Shown piece after piece: positions 1 to 7,856 of a stretch of DNA of 17,570 bases. The position numbers were made by a program, and so were the translations under genes. The stretch comes from Cyanobacteria bacterium P01_D01_bin.156 (GTDB lineage Bacteria; Cyanobacteriota; Cyanobacteriia; Phormidesmidales; Phormidesmidaceae), in NCBI GenBank assembly GCA_039024555.1, contig JBCCQQ010000094.1, positions 1 through 17,570 on the forward strand. The letters run 5' to 3'. Position 1 is the stretch's first letter; each line of letters begins with the position of its first letter. The notes under the pieces were generated by a model. The model worked only from the letters and a program-made list of their open reading frames with translations, did not search any database and was not told where the DNA came from.

Positions 1-882
1 CGAAACTTTGCCAAATACACGGGGCGGCTATCTAAAGCAGCGGCTTCAGGAGAGCGAATTCTAAATGTACTAGAACAAGAACCAGATGTTTGCGATCGCA
101 CCAATGCCGTTCCAGCACCGATCTTTAAAGGGGCTGTCCAGTTAAAAGACCTGAGCTTTGCCTATACCCCCGATCAAACCATTCTTAAAGAGATTAACCT
201 CTCGGTACAGCCGGGGCAGCAGATTGCCCTTGTCGGTCCCTCCGGCAGCGGTAAATCTACTCTGATGAGTTTGTTGCTACGGCTGTATGACCCCACTGAG
301 GGCCAGCTTAAAATAGACGGGCGTGATATTCGTGACTACACCCTAGAGAGCCTGCGCCCCCAAATCAGCGTTGTTCTGCAAGATAGTCTGTTGTTTGCCG
401 CGACCATTCGAGAAAATATTGCCTATGGCATTGCCGGTGCTAGCGACCAAGAGATTGAAGCCGCCGCCCGTCTGGCCAATGCCCATGAGTTTATTATGGA
501 CTTGCCCGACGGCTACAGTACGGTGGTCGGCGAGCGGGGCAGCACTCTGTCTGGTGGTCAGCGACAGCGAGTTGCGATCGCTCGTGCTGCCATGCGTCGT
601 ACCCCCCTATTGATCCTTGATGAACCCACCAGCGGTCTCGATAACGCCAGCGAACAGGCAGTTGCCGAAGCCCTGCGTCGTCTGGCCCAGAACCGCACCA
701 CATTTCTGATTACCCACGATTTGCATTTAGCCATTCCTGCCGATCAGGTGCTCTACATGGAACAGGGACAGGTGGTAGAACAGGGCACCCACAGCGAGCT
801 AATGAGAAACAATGGCCCCTATGCCACGCTCTTTAGAATGCAGTCTGTTGTTCAACAGGATGTGACCTTGTCAAATTGTTAA
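1..882 (+). CDS. ABC exporter, fused permease/ATPase (ABCB/MsbA-like), 5'-truncated by the window edge
   Basis: Frame is open from base 1 (RNFAKYTGRLSKAAASGERI...). Walker A GPSGSGKST lies just upstream of the ORF-track start at 265; signature LSGGQRQR, Walker B LLILDEPTS and H-loop ITHD follow. Confidence 0.92.
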   Translation, partial: RNFAKYTGRLSKAAASGERILNVLEQEPDVCDRTNAVPAPIFKGAVQLKDLSFAYTPDQTILKEINLSVQPGQQIALVGPSGSGKSTLMSLLLRLYDPTEGQLKIDGRDIRDYTLESLRPQISVVLQDSLLFAATIRENIAYGIAGASDQEIEAAARLANAHEFIMDLPDGYSTVVGERGSTLSGGQRQRVAIARAAMRRTPLLILDEPTSGLDNASEQAVAEALRRLAQNRTTFLITHDLHLAIPADQVLYMEQGQVVEQGTHSELMRNNGPYATLFRMQSVVQQDVTLSNC

Positions 883-924
883 TTGTCTGATCTAGAGGCA
901 AAAATTTTATCGTGTGCCAATCTC

Positions 925-1010
925 TCCCCTCCAGGGAGGGGTGCCGTAGGCGGGGTGGGTCTCGATCGCGTTAACGGTCAACCCACCCCGGAGCCCCTCC
1001 CTGGAGGGGA
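925..1010. repeat. REP-like/miniature palindromic element between convergent genes
   Basis: Perfect 17-bp inverted repeat TCCCCTCCAGGGAGGGG (925-941) / CCCCTCCCTGGAGGGGA (994-1010), with an inner 10-bp inverted repeat CGGGGTGGGT (951-960) / ACCCACCCCG (981-990). Related copies at ~15007 and ~17502. Confidence 0.85.
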
Positions 1011-1058
1011 TGAGTTATCGGCTCTTGCATTAAGTACTGCCTTTTCTTTGACGCTTTA

Positions 1059-1895
1059 CTATCCTTGCCAATGGACAATGCGTGAGGAAATGATTCTGAG
1101 TAAGAAGTCAGACACTACGCCAAAAAATCCAATCATGAGAATGCCAACAAACAGACCTTCTACATTAAAAAATGTGCTGGCATCCTGAATGATATAACCA
1201 ATGCCCAGATCGCCTGCCAACAATTCCGCGGCCACTAAAATTCCAAAGTCTACGGATAGGGCCACTCGCATACCGGTAAAAATGCTTGGCAGGGCCGCTG
1301 GCAAAATCACATATAAAAAGATGGCTAGATCGTTAGCCCCTAATGTTCGCGCGGCCAGAATCTTATCCTTCGGGCAAGATTGTACACCAGCCATGGTGTT
1401 TAGCATCACGATTAAGGCCCCAGCATAAAGAATGATTAATACTTTGGAGACTTCACCAATGCCAAACCAGAGGATAAACAGGGTGATAAATGCTAGTGGA
1501 GGAATCGGGCGCAACAGCTCGGTAACAATGTAAAAGGCTGCCCGGACATACTTGTAGTAGCCCATAAGCAACCCGAGGAGAAGCCCCACCATGGTACCGA
1601 TGGTAAAGGCGGTAAAGACCCGTCGAAGACTTCCCAGAACATGGCTTATCAGGGGAGTTCCGGCATAGCCTTTTTGAGTCATGGCCAAGAACTCGGTAAC
1701 AATGCCTGATAAACTGGGGAGAAACAGTTCGTCAACCCAACCCATGCGGGTGGTGAGTTCCCAAAGGATGAGAATTAGGGCAGGAATTGCGATCGCAACG
1801 CAAAACAATATCCCTTTTTCTCGCAATGCCTGGGTTTGGAGATCTTGTCCCTTAAACTTAGGCATACTGTCGGATTTCGACATTTTTAACTGCAT
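1059..1895 (-). CDS. ABC transporter permease, TauC/SsuC (NitT/TauT) family
   Basis: Hydrophobic 278-aa ORF with RPIPPLA...LWFGIGE and EAA-type loop AARTLGA...VILPAALPSIFTGMR; last gene of an SBP-ATPase-permease operon. Confidence 0.92.
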   Translation of the reverse strand: MQLKMSKSDSMPKFKGQDLQTQALREKGILFCVAIAIPALILILWELTTRMGWVDELFLPSLSGIVTEFLAMTQKGYAGTPLISHVLGSLRRVFTAFTIGTMVGLLLGLLMGYYKYVRAAFYIVTELLRPIPPLAFITLFILWFGIGEVSKVLIILYAGALIVMLNTMAGVQSCPKDKILAARTLGANDLAIFLYVILPAALPSIFTGMRVALSVDFGILVAAELLAGDLGIGYIIQDASTFFNVEGLFVGILMIGFFGVVSDFLLRIISSRIVHWQG

Positions 1896-1943
1896 CAGGC
1901 TACTATCCCCTACTCACCAATCATGATCGTCCGGTGGGCCGTG

Positions 1944-2762
1944 CTACTCAATGGCCTTCATTTTTAGATATAGGTCTGTTCGATACTGGTTAAAAGCATC
2001 TGATACTCGATTCATCGCCGTATACCGAGGCTCTGGCAAATGAATCCTAATATCGTGGGCAATGCCTCCCAGGTTGCGATCCAAAATGATAATGCGATCG
2101 CTTAAAAACACCGCTTCCTCAATACTGTGGGTAACAAACAGAATCGCCCCTGCCACCTGTTCATGGAGCTTTAACAATTCCTCCTGTAATCCCTCACGGG
2201 TTTGAACATCAACGGCAGCAAAGGGTTCATCCATTAGCAAAATCTCTGGCTGCACCACCATAGACCGTGCCACAGCGACTCGCTGCCGCATTCCCCCTGA
2301 GAGCTGATACGGATATTTTCGTTCGTTGCCCCGTAACCCCACTAAACCAATAATGGTCTCCACCCGCTTCCGTTTCTCATATTTAGAAATGGATTGAAAT
2401 CGAAACCCAAAACCAATGTTCTGTTCGACGGTCATCCAATCAAACAGAGCATTGCTTTGAAAGACCACGCCGCGTCGAGCAGAAGGTCCTTTAATCTCTT
2501 CCCCTCCATGGGTAACGGTACCTAAGAGGGGCTTATAGAATCCGGCAATCAGATTTAGAATAGTGGACTTGCCGCATCCAGAAGGTCCCAACAACGTCAA
2601 AAATTCCCCCTGTCGGATTTTTAGATCTAAATCCTGAAGAACTAGACGTTTACGGCTGTAGCCGAAGGAAACATCATCTAGGGAGATAATCTCAGCCAGA
2701 GAATTCTCTGGCTGAGTATGACGTTCCAATGAATCAACGGATTGAACAGGAGATTGGGACAT
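1944..2762 (-). CDS. ABC transporter ATP-binding subunit, TauB/SsuB family
   Basis: GPSGCGKST, RGVVFQ, YPYQLSGGMRQR, LLMDEPF, FVTHSIEEAVFLSDR. Confidence 0.95.
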   Translation of the reverse strand: MSQSPVQSVDSLERHTQPENSLAEIISLDDVSFGYSRKRLVLQDLDLKIRQGEFLTLLGPSGCGKSTILNLIAGFYKPLLGTVTHGGEEIKGPSARRGVVFQSNALFDWMTVEQNIGFGFRFQSISKYEKRKRVETIIGLVGLRGNERKYPYQLSGGMRQRVAVARSMVVQPEILLMDEPFAAVDVQTREGLQEELLKLHEQVAGAILFVTHSIEEAVFLSDRIIILDRNLGGIAHDIRIHLPEPRYTAMNRVSDAFNQYRTDLYLKMKAIE

Positions 2763-2779
2763 GGAGCAACAACTAGCGA

Positions 2780-3883
2780 CTACTTCGACTCAAGATATTC
2801 CGCTACATAGGAAGAATTAATTAGCGGTGCTAAGTCTTCTGGGACGCTATCCAAACGGCCTTGGTCAACTAGGAATGTGCCGTATTGCTCATAGGCTTTG
2901 TACAGAGCAGTGTTCTGGGGTTGTCCCGGTGCACCGAGCCAGTCATCCGAGAGCTGATCCTCCATTGCCACCACAGTTGAGCCTTGACGACCTACCATAG
3001 CGCCAAACTCTTCTGGAGTAAGGTTTAGACGCTCAGCCTCCCACTTTTGGCCAGATTTAGGATCGGCCAAATAGTCTTTCTGAGCCATATCCCAAGCTTC
3101 CATAAACTTGGTCATCACCTCAGGATTTTCTTCAGCAAACTCTTTGCGCACGGCCCATAGGGCTACGGCATAGGCACCAATGGATTTGGCTGTTGCAATA
3201 TCTTTTCCGCCTAGCTCATTGAGCTTACCTGCGGCAGGTTCCCAGGTCCAAGCCGCGTCAATTTTGCCTGCGGAGAATGCCGCTGCCATTTCTGATGGCT
3301 TGAGGTTAACTAAGTTGACATCACTTTGCGCAATCCCCGCCTGATCGATGGCTGCCAGTAAAGAATGGTGCCCAGAGGTACCGATGGTCACTCCGATAGT
3401 CTTACCCTGCAAACTAGCCACATCTGGGGCCGCATCCCCGGCAATTAAACGCTCCGCTGTTAAAGGTGCATGGTCCAACAGAACCACCTCAATATCGATG
3501 CCTGTGGCAAACGCTGTTAATGAGGGGAAGGGGAAGAACCAAGTGATATCCACCTCATCCGCTGCCAGGGCGGGCACCATTGCGCCACCGGATGAATAGG
3601 GGGCTAGCTCGACATCTAAACCAACTTTCTCAAAATATCCTTCCTTTGCGGCCACCATGGTGATGTTGTTGATGTCACCAGTTTGGAAGCCCACCCGCAC
3701 TTTAGGTAAATCTTTTGCTGGTGCGGCAGCAACTTCGGTAACGGCCTCTGTTGTTTCTTCAACGGCGTCAGAAACCGTTTCTGCAGGCGCACACCCGATG
3801 GCTAAGGCTAGGGAACAAGCGGTTAAACCACTTAATGTAAAAAACTTACGTCGGCTGAAAAAATGCGTAACTGATCGCTGCAT
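2780..3883 (-). CDS. ABC substrate-binding lipoprotein, TauA/SsuA-like, predicted Tat-exported
   Basis: ATG at 3883 preceded by GGAGG (the ORF-track TTG at 3895 overlaps this RBS). N-terminal SRRKFF twin-arginine motif and LAIGC lipobox; SsuA/TauA-like motifs (LQGKTIGVTIGTSGH, GKIDAAWTWEP). Confidence 0.88.
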   Translation of the reverse strand: MQRSVTHFFSRRKFFTLSGLTACSLALAIGCAPAETVSDAVEETTEAVTEVAAAPAKDLPKVRVGFQTGDINNITMVAAKEGYFEKVGLDVELAPYSSGGAMVPALAADEVDITWFFPFPSLTAFATGIDIEVVLLDHAPLTAERLIAGDAAPDVASLQGKTIGVTIGTSGHHSLLAAIDQAGIAQSDVNLVNLKPSEMAAAFSAGKIDAAWTWEPAAGKLNELGGKDIATAKSIGAYAVALWAVRKEFAEENPEVMTKFMEAWDMAQKDYLADPKSGQKWEAERLNLTPEEFGAMVGRQGSTVVAMEDQLSDDWLGAPGQPQNTALYKAYEQYGTFLVDQGRLDSVPEDLAPLINSSYVAEYLESK

Positions 3884-3973
3884 GATTGCCTCCAATCCCT
3901 ACAAATGCCGATATGTGTTAGTGGCGATACCTCGCACGTTAGGAAGTACTTTGACAGCTGCAGAGATTTGGAT

Positions 3974-3989
3974 TGTATCTTCTAGCACA
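3974..3989. promoter_or_regulatory. Putative NtcA box (one mismatch) in the divergent SBP/amidase promoter region
   Basis: TGTA-TCTTCTAG-CACA versus consensus tGTA-N8-TACa. On the minus strand it reads GTG-N8-TAC, with a weak -10-like CAAAGT 21 nt downstream, toward the SBP gene. Confidence 0.5.
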
Positions 3990-4015
3990 AACCTGCTTTT
4001 ACGGTGGCATCTATC

Positions 4016-4046
4016 GATAACTAAAATCTATGGACCCATAAAAAAT
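4016..4046. promoter_or_regulatory. Putative LysR-type operator (copy A)
   Basis: ATA-N9-TAT (T-N11-A) at 4017-4031, within GATAActaAAATCTATGGA; shared with 5829-5847. Confidence 0.55.
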
Positions 4047-4289
4047 ATCTTCTCAAGCCATCGGAGTCCTTAAGATTCTTAGGCTACTGTTAAACTATTG
4101 TCCCTCGTCCGATGCGTACGCGATGAATTGACGATGAGACCCCATAAATCAGAAGCCGAATCATTGTCGATTACTGGGCAGAGCAAAGAGTAGATGCTTA
4201 GGTTGATTTTTACGCTATAGCTAGGCTAGGCCAAGAAGCTTTGAAACAGAACTATGCCGAAGATAAACTAGTCCCTGGAAGAAAACATA

Positions 4290-5690
4290 ATGGCGAAGCA
4301 GCTAGATATTTCCCTAACGATTTCTTCTCTTAATCAGCAGTATGCCCAAGGAACACTGACTCCCGTACAGGTGGTTAAAGCAATTCTCACAGCCCTAGAA
4401 GAACGTGGAGATGATGGCATTTGGATCTATACAACATCTGAAGCCGCATTAATTGAGCGGGCTACGATGCTGACAACTATGTCAGCTAGTCAGCGATCGC
4501 AACTGCCGCTATGGGGTATTCCCTTTAGCATTAAAGACTGTATCGATGTGGCAGGGCAGCCCACATCTGCTGGATGTCCCGGCTTTAGCCATACTGCTGA
4601 ACATACGAATCCAGCAGTGCAAAAGCTGTTAGATGCAGGGGCCATCCTCATTGGTAAAACCAATCTAGACCAGTTTGCAACAGGGCTGGTGGGGGTGCGC
4701 ACCGGTTATCGAATACCCCACAATGCGTTTTCAGCGGACTATATTTCAGGCGGGTCTAGTTCCGGTGCGGCCCTTTCCGTTGCTAATGGTCTGGTTTCCT
4801 TTGCCATTGGTACCGATACCGGGGGGTCGGGGCGAGTCCCCGCAGGGTATAACAACATTGTGGGGCTAAAACCCACGAAAGGATTGTTGAGCACCCGCCA
4901 CATGGTTGCGGCCTGTCGTACCCTAGACTGTCTTTCCGTTTTTGCCCTGACGGCAACGGATACTGAGCATGTTTTTAAGGTAGCCCAAGAATTTGATGAT
5001 GAGAATCCCTACTCTCGTTCAGGGCAGAATTCTCCTGTAAAGACCTACGAACCCAAACACCCGTTTCGCTTTGGTGTTCCCCGGGCCGATCAGCGGGCAT
5101 TCTTTGGGAATGCCGATGTTAAAGCCCAGTATGAAGACGCTGTCAAAACCCTTACTCAGTCGGGGGGAACCTGTATTGACATTGACTATGAGCCCTTTTT
5201 AGAAACCAATAATTTGTTATTTAACGGCCCTTGGGTCGCCGAGCGTTATGTCTCGGTGGGTGATTTTGTCGAAACAGATCCGGAGTCAGTCTTTCCAGTT
5301 GTCCGTGAGATTATTCTGAAGTCTAAACAGCTAACAGCTGTTGCCACATTTAAGGGACTGTATGCACTAGAACAACTAAAACGCACGATTCAACCCCTTT
5401 GGGATGATATTGATTGTTTAGTGGTGCCAACAACCGGAACCACCTATCGCCTCGATGAGATTGCGTCAGCTCCGATAAAGCGCAACAGCGATATGGGATA
5501 TTACACTAATTTTGTTAATTTGTTAGATTTGTGTGCGATCGCAGTCCCTAACGGTTTTCAATCTAACGGTATTCCCACAGGCATCACATTCATCGCCCCT
5601 CCCTATGGGGAACATTATTTAGTCGGATTGGGAGATGCCTTTCACCGCACTAAGACTGAGAAACTGGGAGCCACAGCATTTGATGTGTGA
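4290..5690 (+). CDS. atzF: Allophanate hydrolase-like amidase (AtzF family), amidase domain only
   Basis: Amidase signature: IKD (catalytic Lys), GKTNLDQFATGLVG, SGGSSSG, GTDTGGSGRVPA (cis-Ser/Ser). AtzF-typical GPWVAER and MGYYTNFVNLLDL are present. The protein ends at KLGAT, with no C-terminal domain. The symbol reflects family only; the substrate may differ. Confidence 0.8.
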   Translation: MAKQLDISLTISSLNQQYAQGTLTPVQVVKAILTALEERGDDGIWIYTTSEAALIERATMLTTMSASQRSQLPLWGIPFSIKDCIDVAGQPTSAGCPGFSHTAEHTNPAVQKLLDAGAILIGKTNLDQFATGLVGVRTGYRIPHNAFSADYISGGSSSGAALSVANGLVSFAIGTDTGGSGRVPAGYNNIVGLKPTKGLLSTRHMVAACRTLDCLSVFALTATDTEHVFKVAQEFDDENPYSRSGQNSPVKTYEPKHPFRFGVPRADQRAFFGNADVKAQYEDAVKTLTQSGGTCIDIDYEPFLETNNLLFNGPWVAERYVSVGDFVETDPESVFPVVREIILKSKQLTAVATFKGLYALEQLKRTIQPLWDDIDCLVVPTTGTTYRLDEIASAPIKRNSDMGYYTNFVNLLDLCAIAVPNGFQSNGIPTGITFIAPPYGEHYLVGLGDAFHRTKTEKLGATAFDV

Positions 5691-5828
5691 GACATTTAGT
5701 TCAATTGATGTAACATCTTAAACTTCTCTCTTTTCTTTTGCCTTCAACCTCTGTAAAGGTTAATCTCTATCTTTTTTACTTTATGTGGGTAATCTATATC
5801 CATTAGTCACGTGTGCGCGTTAGTAATG

Positions 5829-5859
5829 GATAAAGGAAATCTATGGATCTAATCAAAAT
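5829..5859. promoter_or_regulatory. Putative LysR-type operator (copy B)
   Basis: ATA-N9-TAT at 5830-5844, within GATAAaggAAATCTATGGA; 16 of 19 bases identical to copy A. Confidence 0.55.
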
Positions 5860-5892
5860 TCTTATCGAATCAGAGGGTTGATAAAAAGCATC

Positions 5893-5908
5893 TGTAAATA
5901 GAGATACA
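5893..5908. promoter_or_regulatory. NtcA box upstream of the second ABC operon
   Basis: Perfect TGTA-AATAGAGA-TACA, 57 nt before the ATG at 5965. No clean TAN3T at the canonical distance (TTAAAT at N23). Confidence 0.7.
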
Positions 5909-5964
5909 GATACATCCGTGATGTCATCGATTAAATAGAGCAAATCGATACGGGTCATTCTGTT

Positions 5965-7533
5965 ATGAATTCTACTTACGCTCGATTCAAAAGATTTTCT
6001 CTTCCAGGTGTTTTAGCCCTCTCTGCTGCTATTGTTGCATCATGTTCAGGCCCTTCTGGTACTGAATCGGCAGATTCTACGTCTTCTGGTGGCAGTGGTG
6101 AAGTGATCCGTATTTCTATCGGAACACAAGACCAGGTAATCAATACGGCTGTTGGCGGTGCCACCGTACGCGAACTGGGCTTACTGGAAAAACATTTGCC
6201 GACAACGGGTAAATATGAGGGTGTTGAATATGATATTCAATGGTCTAGCTACACATCGGGACCGCCAATCACCAACAAAATGTTAGCCAATCAGATCGAT
6301 ATTGGCTTAATGGGTGATTTCCCAGCAGTTATTAATTTGATCAAGTTCCAAGAGGAAGTAGAAGGCGTTACGTCTACATTTATTGGCACCCTAGCCTACA
6401 GCCCCAATGGAGCCGGTAATGCGGTAGTGGTTCCCAAGGATAGCGATGCCACCTCTTTAGCCGATCTAAAGGGAGGTTCTGTATCGGTACCCTTCGGTTC
6501 TGCGGCCCACGGCATGGTCTTAAAGGCATTAAGTGATGCTGGAATTGATCCAGAAAAAGATGTCAAGCTGATTAGTCAGGCTCCTGAGGTTGGCGGCACC
6601 AGTTTGCGTACTGGCCAAATCGATGCCCACGCTGACTTTGTTCCCTTTGGTGAACTTTTTCCCTTCCGAGGCTTTGCTAAAAAGATCTTTGACGGTGCCC
6701 AAACAGGCGTGCCCACATTACACGGTATTGTTGTTCGTTCTGATTTTGCAGAAGAGCATCCAGAGATTGTTCAAGCCTATCTCCAGGCAATGCTGGAAGC
6801 AAATCAGACATTCCAGGAAAGTCCTGAAGAAATTTCAGCCCAAATCGAGGAGTGGTCGGGCATCGAGAAAGAAGTGGTCTATATGTTCCTTGGCCCTTCT
6901 GGTTTACAACCCATTAACCCCAGTATTGGTGAAGTCCAGCTAGAGGCCCTAAAAAATAGTATTGCCACGCTAATTAGCCTGGGTAAAATTGAGTCCCCGG
7001 TTAATCCTGAAGATGTTACCGGATGGGTCGATGAAAGCTTCTTGAAAACAGCCATGGATAACCTGGGCCTGAACTATGACGAAGTAATCGAAACCGGTGA
7101 AACCTACGTGATTACGGGGAATGACGCTCTAACGAATGAACCCATTGAAGAGCCCAAGATGGCGGCTCAGCTGTGGATTCAAGAAGAGCCCACAGTGACT
7201 AACTTTGCCACCATTCCCAATATGATCAAAAAGCTCAATGAGCTACAGGCTGATGGAAAAGCCTCTGATGTGATCTTTGTTCACGATCGCAACAAAGGCT
7301 GGAAGCTCTTTGCTGAAAATTCTCACTACGTTAAAAATGGAGATGAGATCTCGGCCTTTTTGTTAGAGTCTGATGCTAAGGCGTTTGCGGCTGAATCTGG
7401 TGGCGAGGTAACCACCTTTAAGAGTTTGCTGCAGACCTACGCCAATGGACCTCAGCCAGCTCGCATTAGCCGGTTAACAATGGAGGATTTAAGACAGGCA
7501 ATGTTGGATGCAGTCCCTGCACTAGCCGGTTAA
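5965..7533 (+). CDS. ABC substrate-binding lipoprotein (NitT/TauT, AsfC-like) with a C-terminal NosL-like extension
   Basis: Lipobox IVASC followed by a Ser/Gly linker; SBP motifs SGPPITNKMLANQIDIGLMGDFP, VPFGSAAHG and HPEIVQAYL; ~140 extra C-terminal residues; first gene of an SBP-permease-ATPase operon. Confidence 0.9.
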   Translation: MNSTYARFKRFSLPGVLALSAAIVASCSGPSGTESADSTSSGGSGEVIRISIGTQDQVINTAVGGATVRELGLLEKHLPTTGKYEGVEYDIQWSSYTSGPPITNKMLANQIDIGLMGDFPAVINLIKFQEEVEGVTSTFIGTLAYSPNGAGNAVVVPKDSDATSLADLKGGSVSVPFGSAAHGMVLKALSDAGIDPEKDVKLISQAPEVGGTSLRTGQIDAHADFVPFGELFPFRGFAKKIFDGAQTGVPTLHGIVVRSDFAEEHPEIVQAYLQAMLEANQTFQESPEEISAQIEEWSGIEKEVVYMFLGPSGLQPINPSIGEVQLEALKNSIATLISLGKIESPVNPEDVTGWVDESFLKTAMDNLGLNYDEVIETGETYVITGNDALTNEPIEEPKMAAQLWIQEEPTVTNFATIPNMIKKLNELQADGKASDVIFVHDRNKGWKLFAENSHYVKNGDEISAFLLESDAKAFAAESGGEVTTFKSLLQTYANGPQPARISRLTMEDLRQAMLDAVPALAG

Positions 7534-7537
7534 CTTG

Positions 7538-7605
7538 ACCTCATTTGAGGCGCTACCTCGTTCGAGGCGCTACCTCGTTCGAGGCGCTACCTCGTTCGAG
7601 ACGCT
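7538..7605. repeat. 17-bp palindromic tandem repeat (GAGGCGCTACCTCGTTC) x3 plus degenerate flanks
   Basis: Exact units at 7547-7563, 7564-7580 and 7581-7597; partial units at 7538-7546 and 7598-7605. Confidence 0.95.
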
Positions 7606-7638
7606 TTCCGTTTTGACTGATTTCTCACAACACTTCCT

Positions 7639-7669
7639 AAACATGGGGGGAATCTTCCCCTCATGTTTT
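7639..7669 (+). terminator. Stem-loop (intrinsic terminator or mRNA-stabilising hairpin) between SBP and permease
   Basis: AAACATGgGGGGAA-TC-TTCCCCtCATGTTT, whose 3' arm ends in a T run. Confidence 0.6.
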
Positions 7670-7856
7670 CTTAGAAGCTGGCAAGAAATGACTTCATGGT
7701 TTAAGCCTGAAACGCTTGTTAAGTCATGATTTAAATGCGTAAGACCACAATTTTAATTTTTAACAAGCCCCTAGCTTTTGATAAGCCCCTAGCTCTTCTA
7801 CTTTCTCCTGCTCTCAGTGGGAATAAACCTTAAAAGTTCCTCTGATATTTTTCCCT

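Noticed and set aside
883..1188. 101-aa ORF
   Set aside because: Reads through the REP-like palindrome and overlaps the permease on the opposite strand.
3951..3981. Plus-strand sigma70 promoter TTGACA...TATCTT for the amidase
   Set aside because: The 19-nt spacer is non-optimal and it lies over 300 nt from the start codon; not supportable without TSS data.
3896..4289. Guanidine (ykkC-type) riboswitch, expected if atzF and the ABC importer belonged to guanidine carboxylase catabolism
   Set aside because: I could not find the conserved guanidine-I elements on either strand by eye, and no carboxylase genes are present. An Infernal scan would settle it.
7538..7605. CRISPR array
   Set aside because: The 17-bp units are directly adjacent with no spacers, and no cas genes are present.
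7535..7729. 64-aa ORF after the SBP
   Set aside because: TTG start, runs through the tandem repeat and a terminator-like hairpin, and has no recognisable protein features.
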